Positions 10,047 to 20,870 of a stretch of DNA of 64,000 nucleotides are shown in pieces (position 1 is the first letter of the stretch; each line of letters begins with the position of its first letter). The notes under the pieces are model-generated. The model was not told the DNA's origin and made no database searches. It saw only the letters and a program-made list of their open reading frames with translations. The position numbers were made by a program, and so were the translations under genes. Source of the DNA: a bacterium (GTDB taxonomy: Bacteria; Patescibacteriota; Minisyncoccia; Phycocordibacterales; UBA9973); assembly GCA_037200905.1 (NCBI GenBank), contig JBBCGN010000004.1, forward strand, positions 4,038 through 68,037. Reading direction: 5' to 3'.

Positions 10047-12269
10047 TTATTCTATCTTGTTGAGCTTATGAGGATTGTGATTTGCACAAGTTTTATTAGA
10101 GCACCTTTCAGGAATAGTTTTTGTGCCTTCCATCATCAATGAGCCGCATTTGTCACAGATATTGCCGGTCGGCTTGGCTTTCATGGCGAACTTGCAGTCG
10201 GGATAGTTCGAGCAGGCATAGAAGAGGCCGAAGCGTCCGCGGCGTTCCATGATCTCGCCCTTCTTGCATTCCGGGCACTTCACGCCGGTCATCTTCTTTG
10301 CTTTTTCGGCTTCGTCTTCCTTTATGAATTTGCATTTCGGATAGCGAGAACATGATATGAACGTGCCGGTGCCGTCGCGGCGTTCGCGTATGACGAGCTT
10401 GCCGCCTTTCTTCTCTCCGCAGAGCGGGCACGGCTCGCCGGTCTCTTCCGGGCCCTTGAGCTCCTGCCCGTCGAGCATGAGCGCGCCGTCGCAGTCGGGA
10501 TAGCGCGAGCAGGAATAGAACTTGCCGCCGCGGGAGAGCTTGATGATCATCTTCGAGCCGCACTTCGGGCATTTGATGTTGTCGGGAGCGTCGCCCAAGT
10601 TCGTGGCCTTTTCCAATTTTTCTTTGGACTTCACGTCTTTGAGGAACGGACCATAGAAATCTTTGAGTGTTTTCTCATATTCGCGCTCGCCACGAGAGAT
10701 CTCGTCGAGCTCGTCTTCCATCTCGGCGGTAAAGTCGTCGGAAATGTATTTCATGAAATGCGTCTCGAGGAAGTCGGACACTACTTCGCCGACATCGGTC
10801 GGGAAAAGCGTCTTGCCTTCTTTTCGCACGTATTCGCGGTCTTCGATGGTGCGCATGATGGATGCGTACGTAGAAGGCCGGCCGATGCCGCGCGATTCGA
10901 GCTCTTTGACGAGGCCAGCTTCGGTATAGCGGCCCGGCGGCTCGGTGAATTTTTCTTCGCTCGAGAGATCGAGCAGTTTCAATTTCTCTCCGGCTTTGAC
11001 TTCCGGCAGTTCCACGTCTTCGCCGCGAGCGCCCGAATCCACTTCGAGCCAGCCCGCAAAGAGCAGCGTGAGCCGTTTGCGGAGAATGCCGGCAGGTCTT
11101 CATGATCTTTGATGACGGCAGAGACTTTCGTCTTCAAGAGCTTGGCATCGGTCATCTGCGAAGACACGGCGCGCTCCCAGATGAGCTGATATAGTTTCTG
11201 CTGTTCTTCGGTGCCGGCATGCATGGCATCGATATGCGTCGGACGGATGGCTTCATGCGCTTCCTGGGCGTTCTTTGATTTTGTCTTATATATGTGCGCT
11301 TCGGCGTATTTCGCGCCGTACTTCTTAGTGACGAATGCCACGATCTGGTCCTGAGCCACTTTAGACAGGTTTGTGCTGTCGGTACGCATGTAGGTGATGT
11401 GTCCGGCTTCGTAGAGCTTCTGGGCGAGCTGCATGGTGCGCGAAGGGGAATAGCCGAGACGCGAGCTCGCTGTCTGCTGCAAAGTGGACGTGGTGAACGG
11501 CGCGCGCGGAGAACGCTTCTGTTCGGATTCCTTCACGCCTTTGACTATCCAGTCGCCCTTCTTCCCGGCTTCGAGAATCTTGTTCACGAGAGCCTCGTCG
11601 CGCGGCTCTTCGTCGCATTCGAGAGCAAGCTTGTCCTTTCGGATAGTCTCGAACTGGCCGAAGAGGCGCCAGAATTTTTCCGGCACGAAAGCCCGGATCT
11701 CGCGCTCGCGTTCCATGATGATGCGCAAAGCCGGAGACTGTACGCGGCCTGCGGATAGGCCGTAGCGCACTTTCTTCCATATCAGTCCCGAGAGGTCGTA
11801 GCCTACGAGGCGGTCGAGCACGCGGCGGGCTTCCTGGGCCCGGCGGAGAGCGGTATCGATGTCCGCGCGGATGCTTCAGGGCTTCCTGCACGGCTTCCTT
11901 GGTGATCTCGTAAAAAGCCACCCGTTTGATGGGCGCTTTTACTTTCTTGTCGGCGTTCAGGATCTCTTCGATGTGCCAGGCTATGGCTTCGCCATCGCGG
12001 TCGGGGTCCGTCGCGAGCACGATGCTCGTGGCCTTGTGCGCAAGTTCGCGCAATTCGCTGACGACTTTTTCTTTGCCCTTCGATATCTCGTAGTGAGGGA
12101 CGAAGCCCGCTTCGATATCGATGGCTGCCTTGTTGGACTTCGGCAGGTCGCGGATATGTCCGACGGATGCGCGCACGATATAGCGGTCTGCTTTGCTTAC
12201 AGAATCGTCATCTAAATATTTTTCTATTGTCTTGGCTTTTGACGGCGATTCCACTATCAATAATTTCAT
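10047..12269 (-). CDS. topA: DNA topoisomerase I with C-terminal zinc ribbons, two frameshifts
   Basis: Toprim MKLLIVESPSKAKTIEKYL...DPDRDGEAIAWH; core LDRLVGYDLSGLIWKK...SAGRVQSPALR; four CxxC..CxxC fingers. Frames join near 11845 and 11075. Confidence 0.9.
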
Positions 12270-12343
12270 CCCGTTAGAAACTTAAAAATTAACCCCTGGT
12301 AAACGATATTCCCCGTCAGTTGCGTTTCTAACGGGATTCATAC
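12270..12343 (-). promoter_or_regulatory. 74-nt conserved topA leader: two alternative helices plus mini-ORF
   Basis: mRNA sense: GUAUGAAU-CCCGUUAG-AAACGCAA-CUGACGGG-30 nt-GUUUCUAACGGG-AUG(topA). Mini-ORF 12341-12282 encodes MNPVRNATDGEYRLPGVNF*. Same element at 13997-14070. Confidence 0.55.
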
Positions 12344-12470
12344 GCCCCTAAGTATTACATGAAATATATTTATTTAGCAAATCACGACGCCGATTTTATT
12401 GACTTTTTATATTAAATATGTTATATTATATAGGTAAAACTTCTTTGCAAAAAACCTAAATAGAATAACG

Positions 12471-13093
12471 ATGAAAAAATGCTATGTACCGACCCTTGCA
12501 TTCGCACTTGCGTGCGGGTTCCTCGCCTGCAAACCGGCTCAAGAGAGTTCGTCTCTGCTGCTGGCCAATGAGCCGAAAACAGACACGGTCCGTCTTACCG
12601 GGGATCTGATAGATCACTACAAGATAACGGAAGAGATGCTCCGGAACGAGCGCGTGTATCTCTTGCTCGAAGACAGCATCGTGATAATGAAGGAGTTCGC
12701 CGAGCGCGGGTCAAGCGTCAGCAGGCGACGGCAAGATAATCCTCAAGGACAACATCCAGACGGAAACGATCGTCTTTCCGAAGGGATCCAAGGGTCACTG
12801 CTTCTACATCGATAACGATGACAAGATGTTCATCACGTTCAAAAAGAAAGGCGAGTACAACCGTGAAAGTTTCTATCTCATTTTCGGCCCCCGACAGGTA
12901 TAGGGAGGACGGCGAGTACGTCTTCCTGGCGAAAAAAGATTCTTCCGGGAAACCGGACCGCCGACACACCTTTTATAAGGTCCAGTACGGCGAAGATTTC
13001 TATCGGATCGTGTACGGCCAGACCAATCACCTGCTTATCAGTAAGCGGACGGTGCTCGGGAACGACAGGCGCATCATCGAAGGCATCAGGTAA
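12471..13093 (+). CDS. Unassigned lipoprotein (about 205 aa), two frameshifts
   Basis: Signal plus lipobox MKKCYVPTLAFALACGFLAC. Reading continues across shifts near 12705 and 12890 to ...RIIEGIR*. TTGACT-17-TATATT promoter lies upstream. Confidence 0.55.
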
Positions 13094-13135
13094 AAATCAT
13101 CATCCGAGTCTCAAAGAGCAATCTTTGAGACTTTT

Positions 13136-13996
13136 TTATTTCAGCCGTAGCTCGCCGAGCTCTTCCTTGATGAGTTCCTTGATCTCCATGACGGAGAGCA
13201 GGGCGTTCGCCGCGGCGATCGGCATCTTGAGGGCCTTGAGGACTTCGTCGCGCGGCATGGGCTCGCGGAGGAGCGCGACGACTTTCTTCTCTTCCGGCGA
13301 CAGATCTTCGAAAAGCCGGGCCTGCTTGTCCTCGCTCTCTTCCGGTTCGAAACCGAGGGCTTCGAGGACATCGGCCGCATCCTGCACGGGCGTCGCTCCT
13401 TGGCGGATGAGCTTGTTGGTGCCGCGCGAGCTCGGCGTGAATATCGAGCCGGGCACCGCCAGCACGTCCTTGTTGTATTCCACGGCCAGGCGGGCGGTGA
13501 TGAGCGTGCCGGATTTTTCTTCCGCCTCTATGACGAGCACGGCTTTCGAGATGCCGGCCATCAGGCGGTTGCGCATAGGAAAGCTCCAGTGCGTGGCTTT
13601 GAAATCGGGCTCGAACTCCGACACGAAGCAGCCGCCGGCGTCGAGCACTTCGTCCATGAGGTGCGCATTTATTTCGGAAAAATGACATCTTTGGAAAGTC
13701 CGGAGCCGGGAAAGACGAGCGTGGTCAGCCCGGCGCGCATGGGCCGCCTTGTGCGCGATGGTATCGATGCCCATGGCGAATCCCGAGACGATGACGATGG
13801 GATAGCCCTTGAGTCCGGCGATGATCTTCTCGCAGGCCTCGCGCCCGTACGAGGTGAACTTCCGCGAGCCGACGACGCACAGGTGCACGAGGTCTTGGCT
13901 CGGCAGGTCGCCGAGCACCCAGAGGGTCTCCGGCGGCTGGGGCAGCTCGAGCAGGGCTTTAGGAAAATCTGCAGCTTGCAGTTTCTCTATTTTCAT
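13136..13996 (-). CDS. dprA: DNA processing protein DprA/Smf
   Basis: VVGSRKFTSYG, SGFAMGIDTIAH, FPMRNRLMAGISKAVLVIEAEEKSGTLITARLA. A paired +1/-1 slip (about 13745 and 13685) garbles roughly 20 codons. Confidence 0.85.
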   Translation of the reverse strand: MKIEKLQAADFPKALLELPQPPETLWVLGDLPSQDLVHLCVVGSRKFTSYGREACEKIIAGLKGYPIVIVSGFAMGIDTIAHKAAHARRADHARLSRLRTFQRCHFSEINAHLMDEVLDAGGCFVSEFEPDFKATHWSFPMRNRLMAGISKAVLVIEAEEKSGTLITARLAVEYNKDVLAVPGSIFTPSSRGTNKLIRQGATPVQDAADVLEALGFEPEESEDKQARLFEDLSPEEKKVVALLREPMPRDEVLKALKMPIAAANALLSVMEIKELIKEELGELRLK

Positions 13997-14070
13997 CCGT
14001 TAGAAGAAGTCCATATGTTAATTATAAGCAATCATCTTCCCGTCAGTCGAACTTCTAACGGGATTCATAC
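13997..14070 (-). promoter_or_regulatory. 74-nt conserved dprA leader, same element as the topA leader
   Basis: mRNA sense: GUAUGAAU-CCCGUUAG-AAGUUCGA-CUGACGGG-32 nt-CUUCUAACGG-AUG(dprA). Mini-ORF 14068-14018 encodes MNPVRSSTDGKMIAYN*. Confidence 0.55.
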
Positions 14071-14124
14071 CCATAGGGTAACGCTATTTTGTAATTATGG
14101 CAATAATACTATACAATATGGATT

Positions 14125-15397
14125 ATGCTAGATATCAAGTTCATCCGGGGAAAACAAGGACGTCGTGGCCCTGGGCGCCAGGAAAAAGCTCGTAGACATA
14201 GACCTCGACAAGCTCATCTCTCTCGATGACGACCGCCTGGCCGTGCTCAAGGAAGTGGAAGAACTCCGCAGCGAGGTGAACCGCGTCTCGAACGACATCG
14301 CCCGCGACCAGGATCCGGCCCTCAAGATCCAGCTCATCGAAGAGATGCGCGCCGTCAAGGAAGATATCAAGGCCAAGGAGGAGAAGCTGAGATCCGTGAC
14401 GGAAGAATGGCAGACTCTCATGCTCCAGGTGCCGAACGTGCCGGACATCTCCGTGCCCGAAGGCGCGAGCGACGCGGACAACATGGAAATAAAGACTTGG
14501 GGGCAGAAACCGGCCTTCGATTTCGAGCCGAAAGACCATGTCGAGATCATGAACGCCCTCAAGATGAGTGGACTTCGAGCGCGGCACCAAGGTGCACGGC
14601 TTCCGCGGATATTTCCTGACAGGCGAGGCGAAGGAGCGCGATTGTGCTTTGCCATCTGGAACTACGCTATGGAATTCTTCAGCGACAAGGGCTTTACTCC
14701 CGTCATCCCGCCCGTGATCGTGCGCAAGCAGAATCTCTACGGCACGGCCCACCTGCCGGGCGACGTGGAAGACTATTATATGACACAGGACGGCGATGCT
14801 CTGGCCGGCACGGCTGAAGTGCCGCTCATGGGCATGCATGCGGGCGAGATCCTCGACAAAGCGGTCTTGCCGCTCAAATACCTCGGGTTCTCTCCGTGCT
14901 ACCGCCGCGAAGCCGGCAGCCACGGCAAGGACGTGAAAGGACTCATCCGCGTGCACGAATTTTATAAGATGGAACAAGTCATACTTTCCGAAGCCAGCCA
15001 TGAGACATCGGTAAAGCTCCATGAAGAGCTGAACCGCAACACCGAGGAGTTCATCGAGTCGCTCGGCATCCCGTATCACACCGTCATCAACTGCGGCGGC
15101 GACCTCGGCCTCGGCCAGGTGAAGAAATACGACATCGAGCTCTGGGTGCCGAAAGAAAAGACCTACCGCGAGATCAGCTCGGCTTCGTATTTCCACGATT
15201 TCCAGACCCGCCGCTTCGGCATCCGCTACAAGGATGAAGCCGGCAAGATGCAGTTCGCCCACTCGCTCAACTGCACGGCCATACCGACGCCGCGCATCCT
15301 CGTGTCGCTCGTCGAGAACAATCAGCAGGCAGACGGCTCCGTAAAGATTCCCGAAGTCCTGAAGAAATACATGGGAGGCAGAGATTTTATAAAATAG
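14125..15397 (+). CDS. serS: Seryl-tRNA synthetase, three 1-nt shifts
   Basis: N-terminus MLDIKFIRENKDVV is restored by dropping one G of run 14147-14150. Internal VDFERGTKVHGFRGYFLTGE lies out of frame between about 14560 and 14640. Class II motifs follow (GFSPCYRREAGSHGKD, EISSASYFHDFQTRR). Confidence 0.85.
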
Positions 15398-16306
15398 ATG
15401 AAGAAACGCAGCGTCTCAAACTCTCCGCGGCTCACCGAACTTCGCAGGAAGCGCCGCAGGCATTTCCATAGGAATGCCTTTTTCGTATTGACGGGCCTGT
15501 TCATCGTCGTCACCGGCATCACCCTCTTGTCGCGCCTGCCCAAGTTCAACATCAGCACCATCGCCGTGGCAGGGAACACCGTCATCGAGACGGACGACAT
15601 CAAGGCAGTGGTGCAGGCCGACCTCGCGGGGCATTATCTCTGGGTCTTCCCGAAGACGAACTTCCTGCTCTACCCGAAGCATACTATCGAGACCGACCTC
15701 GCCGAGCGCTTCAAGCGCGCCAAGGATATCTCGGTGAACACCAAGCTATTGAAGATCCTCGATGTCAAGCTCTTCGAGCGCGAGGCGCTATACACCTGGT
15801 GCGGCGACGAGCCGAGCACCACGGTGGAGCAGTGCTATTTCATGGACGACACGGGCTACATCTTCGACAAAGCGCCGTACTTCTCCGGCAACGTCTATTT
15901 CAAATTCTACGGGCATCCGAGCGGCAGCACGGACCAGCCGCTCGGCACGTACTATATGAGCGATTCGCTCGGCAGATTGCTGGCATTCCGCGACACCTTG
16001 AAGAGCCTGGGCATCAAGATCGCTTCGCTCGAAGTCGACGACGGGCAGGAAGGGGCTTTCTATCTGTCTACGGCCGCGGCCCGGCCCGACGCCCCGAAAA
16101 TACTCTTCAAGACGGACGGAGACTTCAACAAGATGGCCGAGAACCTGCAGACCGCCCTCGCTACCGAGCCGCTCAAGTCGGACTTCGCCAAGAAATATGC
16201 TTTGCTCTCGTACGTTGACCTGCGCTTCGGCAACAAGGTATATTACAAATTCTCCGCCAGCGGCAACCCGCCGCCCGGAGAACCGGCGAGCGACGCCACC
16301 AACTGA
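15398..16306 (+). CDS. FtsQ/DivIB-like cell division protein (TM plus POTRA)
   Basis: Basic N-terminus, TM FFVLTGLFIVVTGITLL, then POTRA-like FNISTIAVAGNTVIETDDIKAVV. Confidence 0.55.
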   Translation: MKKRSVSNSPRLTELRRKRRRHFHRNAFFVLTGLFIVVTGITLLSRLPKFNISTIAVAGNTVIETDDIKAVVQADLAGHYLWVFPKTNFLLYPKHTIETDLAERFKRAKDISVNTKLLKILDVKLFEREALYTWCGDEPSTTVEQCYFMDDTGYIFDKAPYFSGNVYFKFYGHPSGSTDQPLGTYYMSDSLGRLLAFRDTLKSLGIKIASLEVDDGQEGAFYLSTAAARPDAPKILFKTDGDFNKMAENLQTALATEPLKSDFAKKYALLSYVDLRFGNKVYYKFSASGNPPPGEPASDATN

Positions 16307-17312
16307 TGAGCAATTTCTGGCAAAAACTTCATAAGCCTTTTTTCGTATTGGCGCCATGGCCGACGTCACCGACTGCGCCTTCCGGCAGATGATAGCCGCG
16401 TACGGCAAGCCCGATGTCTTCTGGACGGAGTTCGTAGCCGCTGACGGCTTGGCGCATCCTGTGGCCCGAGAAAAACTTCTGATCGATTTGAAGTACGGAG
16501 AGAACGAACGGCCGATCGTGGCCCAGATATTCGGCAGCAAGCCGGACAACATCCGCGAAGCCGCAAAGCTCTGCAAAGAACTCGGCTTCGACGGCATAGA
16601 TATAAACATGGGCTGTCCGGACAAATCTGTAGAGAAGCAGTGCGCCGGTGCAGCCATGATAAAAGACCCGACGCTCGCCAAGGCAGTCATCCGCGCGGCC
16701 AAAGAGGGCGCAGGCGACCTGCCCGTCTCGGTGAAGACCCGCATCGGCTACAACAAGAACGAGATAGAGACATGGATACGCGGATTGCTTTCGGAAAATA
16801 TCGCGGCCCTGACCGTACACCTGCGCACCAGGAAAGAAATGTCGAACGTGCCCGCGCATTGGGACTATATGAAAAGAATCGTGGAGATCCGCGATGAAGT
16901 CAGTCCCGACACTCTCATCCTCGGCAATGGCGATGTCATGAATCTGGACGAAGCGAAGCAGCGCGTAGCCGAGACCGGCTGCGACGGCGTCATGCTCGGG
17001 CGAGCAATCTTTGGCAATCCATGGCTATTCGCCGAGCACAGCCCTTTAGAGTTTTTTGTTCCCGAGGGTCTCGCTTCGAGCCCGGAGCGCCCGAAGGAGG
17101 GCGCAGGGGCAAAAAATTCTGAAGGGCGGAGCGAGGCACTCAAAGAAAGGCTCGGCGCGATGATCGAACATACTAAAATTTTCGAGGAGATGCTCGGCCA
17201 GTACAAGAACTTCGCCATCATGAAGAAACACTACAAGGCTTACGTGAACGGCTTCGACGGAGCGAAAGAACTGCGCATGAAGCTCATGGAAGCGAAAATG
17301 CCGGACAGGTAG
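16306..17312 (+). CDS. dus: tRNA-dihydrouridine synthase, one frameshift near the start
   Basis: MSNFWQKLHKPFFVLAP|MADVTDCAFRQM joins after a 1-nt deletion near 16348. Also DINMGCP and the TIM-barrel pattern. The ATG overlaps the upstream TGA. Confidence 0.8.
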
Positions 17313-17359
17313 CAGAAATCACCGATGATTTTTTGGCCAATATCTGATAGAATAGCCCC

Positions 17360-18388
17360 ATGCATGATGTAGCACTCTACAGGAAATACCGGCCGAAGAA
17401 CTTCGCGGAAGTGAAGGGGCAGGAGCAGGTAGTAAGCGTCCTCGAAAGCTCGATCAAGAACGACAAAGTCTCGCACGCATACCTCTTTGTCGGCTCGCGC
17501 GGCACAGGCAAGACCTCCGTGGCCCGCATCTTCGCCGAAGCCATCGGCGTCGGCGCGAACGACCTCTACGAGATAGACGCCGCGTCGAACCGCGGCATCG
17601 AGGACATCCGCACACTGCGCGACGGCGTGCGCGTCCTGCCGTTCGACTCGAAATACAAGGTCTACATCATCGACGAGGTGCACATGCTCTCCAAAGACGC
17701 CTGGGGCGCCCTCCTAAAGACTCTGGAGGAGCCGCCGAAGCATGTCATCTTCATCCTGGCTACCACCGAACTGCACAAAGTGCCGGAGACCATCATCTCG
17801 CGCTGCCAAGTATTCAATTTCAAGAAGCCGAGCGACGTCATACTGAAAGATATCGCCACCGATATCGCCCGCGCCGAAGGCTACGAGCTTGACGGTGGTT
17901 CGGCAGAATTGATAGCGATACTCGGCGACGGATCATTCCGCGACACCGAAGGCATACTGCAGAAAGTCTTGAACTTTTCCAAGGCAAAGAAGATCAAGCG
18001 CGAAGACGTGGAGCATATTACCGGCGCGCCGAAGACCTTGCTGGTGAATGAATTCATTTCCGCTATCGCGACAAAAAATATCGAAGAGGGAATCACCGTC
18101 GTGCGCAAAGCCTCAAGCGAGAACCTTGATATGAAGCTCTACCTCAAGCTCATCATTCAGAAATTCCGCATGGCCGTCATCCTGCGCTACGCGCCAAAGC
18201 TCGAGAAGGAAATGGCAGGGGACTTGTCAGGAGAAGATCTAGCCTTTCTGAAAGACTTCAAAGAGAAAGACATGTTCAATTCTGCCTCGCTTGCCGCATT
18301 GCTCGAAGCCTATCAGAACATAGACCGGGCCTTTATTTCCGAGCTGCCGCTCGAGCTCGCATTGGTGAAGATTTTGAAACGGGAATAG
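17360..18388 (+). CDS. dnaX: DNA polymerase III gamma/tau subunit (342 aa)
   Basis: HAYLFVGSRGTGKTS, YKVYIIDEVHMLS, ATTELHKVPETIISRCQ. ATG lies 7 nt after TGaTAGAAT (17345-17353). Confidence 0.85.
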   Translation: MHDVALYRKYRPKNFAEVKGQEQVVSVLESSIKNDKVSHAYLFVGSRGTGKTSVARIFAEAIGVGANDLYEIDAASNRGIEDIRTLRDGVRVLPFDSKYKVYIIDEVHMLSKDAWGALLKTLEEPPKHVIFILATTELHKVPETIISRCQVFNFKKPSDVILKDIATDIARAEGYELDGGSAELIAILGDGSFRDTEGILQKVLNFSKAKKIKREDVEHITGAPKTLLVNEFISAIATKNIEEGITVVRKASSENLDMKLYLKLIIQKFRMAVILRYAPKLEKEMAGDLSGEDLAFLKDFKEKDMFNSASLAALLEAYQNIDRAFISELPLELALVKILKRE

Positions 18389-18448
18389 CTGAAATGAAAA
18401 AGCTACCCGTGATAAGGTAGCTTCGGCGCCATGACCAGCATGGCGTTC

Positions 18449-18802
18449 CTAAGATTTTTTCTTTCCCATACGAGCATCCTCTTTCTGGAGCAGGGCATGC
18501 CGATTGGCTTGCAGTTCCCATAGGATGGCGAGCCGGGTGCGGACTTCACGATTGTACTCTCTTCCCAAGGAATCCCCGAGCGTGCTGGGCGGAAGGTGCC
18601 TAATCTTTTCGTTCAGATACGTGCATATGCCGACCAGGGAATCAATCTTGTGAGACAGCGAGTCCCATGCGGCGATGAAACGGAAGGTCTTTTGATCTTC
18701 CTCAGACCTTTTCGTGTCGTTAAGGTCAATCACGAAATACGCGTATACTGCAACTGCAAAAATTAAAATCATAAAACCGTGAATAGGATTTACTTTTTTC
18801 AT
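18449..18802 (-). CDS. Small N-terminally anchored protein (117 aa), unassigned
   Basis: ORF with one TM helix (GFMILIFAVAVYAYFVI). AT-rich. Confidence 0.4.
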   Translation of the reverse strand: MKKVNPIHGFMILIFAVAVYAYFVIDLNDTKRSEEDQKTFRFIAAWDSLSHKIDSLVGICTYLNEKIRHLPPSTLGDSLGREYNREVRTRLAILWELQANRHALLQKEDARMGKKKS

Positions 18803-18930
18803 CGTATATATTTTAGTGAAGAACTTGATTACTTATACAGTATATCACATTTTATAAATAAAGTCAATATGTGTCTCCGTACATAGATTTTACTCATATT
18901 TTGTGGTATAGTTTCAACGTTTTTTATTAT

Positions 18931-19004
18931 TGGGAGATCGTCTAACGGTAGGACAGAGGCCTTTGAAGCCTTTAATCTAGGTTCGATTCCTAGTCTCCCA
19001 GCCA
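18931..19004 (+). tRNA. tRNA-Gln (anticodon TTG), CCA encoded
   Basis: Acceptor TGGGAGA/TCTCCCA, D-arm GTCT..GGAC, anticodon arm GAGGC-CTTTGAA-GCCTT, T-arm CTAGG-TTCGATT-CCTAG. TGgTATAGT promoter at 18904-18912. Confidence 0.9.
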
Positions 19005-19095
19005 ACAAGAGCGTCGCTCGAGACGCGTCGGTGCAATATCTGAAGGTTTTGCATAGAGCGATATTTTCAGTAGAGCTGATATAATGAGGAAACAT

Positions 19096-20218
19096 ATGGA
19101 AAAGATGGGTGAAGGGAAAATATTGACTCCAGAAGCAAGAAATTATGCCAAGCTTGAAGACATCTTTGAGCACGATCTTGAAAACCTTATATTGTCAGAA
19201 TTAAATCCTGAAACTCCATCGGAAGAGCGCATTGATTTTCTTAAAAAAGAACTTGATATTACCTCAACACTACTAAGTAATCTCTCAATTCCGTGGAGAA
19301 TTGGCGGGTCATTTGCATTAGTGCTTAATACTGAAAAATTTGCAAGAGATCTTCACGATATCGATATAGAAATAAACTTAGACGATAGGAAGATTTTCTT
19401 GCAAGAATTGCAGAAATTGGGAGGAACTTTTAAGCACGATGATGGCAAGGGCGATATTCACGAGATAACTCCTGAAAATATAGACTCGATAAACCAAGGC
19501 AAGATTACCCATTCGGAATTGGGTATCGACGTAGAAGTTTCTATTTGTTGACTTCGACACTAACACTATTGAAAGCCCAGATGGGGCTAGTATTGAAGTT
19601 GATAAAAACGAATACCAAGAAGGTGTTGGTATATACCAAACCTTTTCTGGAAATAAGATTGAATTGAGACCCCTGGAAATAAGCTTGATAAACAAAGTTA
19701 TTGACCAGCGGCCAAAAGATCTTGTTGATATTAAAACTTACTTACCACTTTTATCAGAAGAGCAGCGAGGACGCTTTGACAGATACTACGAAAGATTTAA
19801 TCTTTTTCTCAGTACGCCATCAGGAAAGGCACTTTCCACAATTGAGGACCTTGTTAACTATTTACCCTCTCCTGAAGATATTCAAAAGATTACAAACAAG
19901 GAAGTATTATTGGCGGCGCAAGCTCTTGAAAAAAGAATTGACACTGTATTAAGTGAAATTATACAGGATGCAAAAATTGATGAAATACCAAAAAAGATAT
20001 TAAGTAGTAAAGTTTTTAAAATATTGGGACAGGAAATAAGCCATCTTATTATCAGTAGTTATCAAGACGGTATGCATAGCGTTGCAGATTTAAGGAATCT
20101 CATTTTGTCGTCTCTAAAAGAAGATCAGATAGATATTCTTTTATCAGATTGGACGAAAGATGCTTTGCACAATTCTCTTAATAATATTGAAATTTGGGAG
20201 GCAAGAAAAAATTCATGA
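19096..20218 (+). CDS. Nucleotidyltransferase-fold protein (ANT(2'')/AbiEii-like), one frameshift
   Basis: NTase motif WRIGGSFALVLNTEKFARDLHDIDIEI. Frames join near 19540 (GIDVEV|LFVDFDTN). Downstream motif RPKDLVDI. The track ATG at 19084 sits inside the -10 box (19080-19085), so I use ATG 19096. Confidence 0.55.
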
Positions 20219-20344
20219 TTAAGGCGAAATTAAAAATGCGCTCGAGTTGCGTCGTTGTATCATAGGAACATATTAGAAACAAACATTACAAGGCTTAATC
20301 GATTACGGTTCCAGCTCGAGAAGGTCAGCTCGGAAAATTGGAAA

Positions 20345-20378
20345 TAAAAAAACCGGTTACTTGTGACCGGTTTTTAAA
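20345..20378. terminator. Bidirectional terminator between convergent genes
   Basis: AAAAAAA-ACCGGT-tacttgtg-ACCGGT-TTTTT. Confidence 0.7.
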
Positions 20379-20392
20379 ATTCTTCTCAAGCT

Positions 20393-20764
20393 CTAATTAG
20401 TTTCTTCTTGTTTCTCAATCAAAGTAATATATTCTTTGACCTCAGTAGCAAACTCAGTAGGAAATACAGCATCAGCAATATCTGAAATCTCTGTTCTCAA
20501 CAGAGTATATATTATTGATGGGTATCCTACGAGACTGTTTCTAATTTGCTGATTAGTATATCCATTAATTCCTCTCTCAAGATCATAAAGTGCAAGATTT
20601 GCACAAAGAACAAATCCTTCGGGGACAAGCTCGTTGTTTAAATAAGTACTGAGAAATGCGGCAAAGCTGTATACCAGCTCATTGCGTGTTTCTGGTAAGA
20701 ATTCTTTTAGATTGAGCAATTTAGTCTTTGGTTCTGCCATAGATAAAACTTTTTCGGAGTTCAT
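20393..20764 (-). CDS. Unassigned protein (about 123 aa)
   Basis: ORF track 20393-20836. TGaTATTAT lies inside the 5' part, so MNSEKVLSMAEPK (ATG 20764) is the likelier start. No family recognised. Confidence 0.4.
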   Translation of the reverse strand: MNSEKVLSMAEPKTKLLNLKEFLPETRNELVYSFAAFLSTYLNNELVPEGFVLCANLALYDLERGINGYTNQQIRNSLVGYPSIIYTLLRTEISDIADAVFPTEFATEVKEYITLIEKQEETN

Positions 20765-20870
20765 GTTGTATATATTTAATTTGGTTTTGAATAACATTAC
20801 CGAACACATAATATCACTATTTTGGTCTTTTATCAATGTTTATTTAGCCCTTATTTCCCATCAATAAAGT

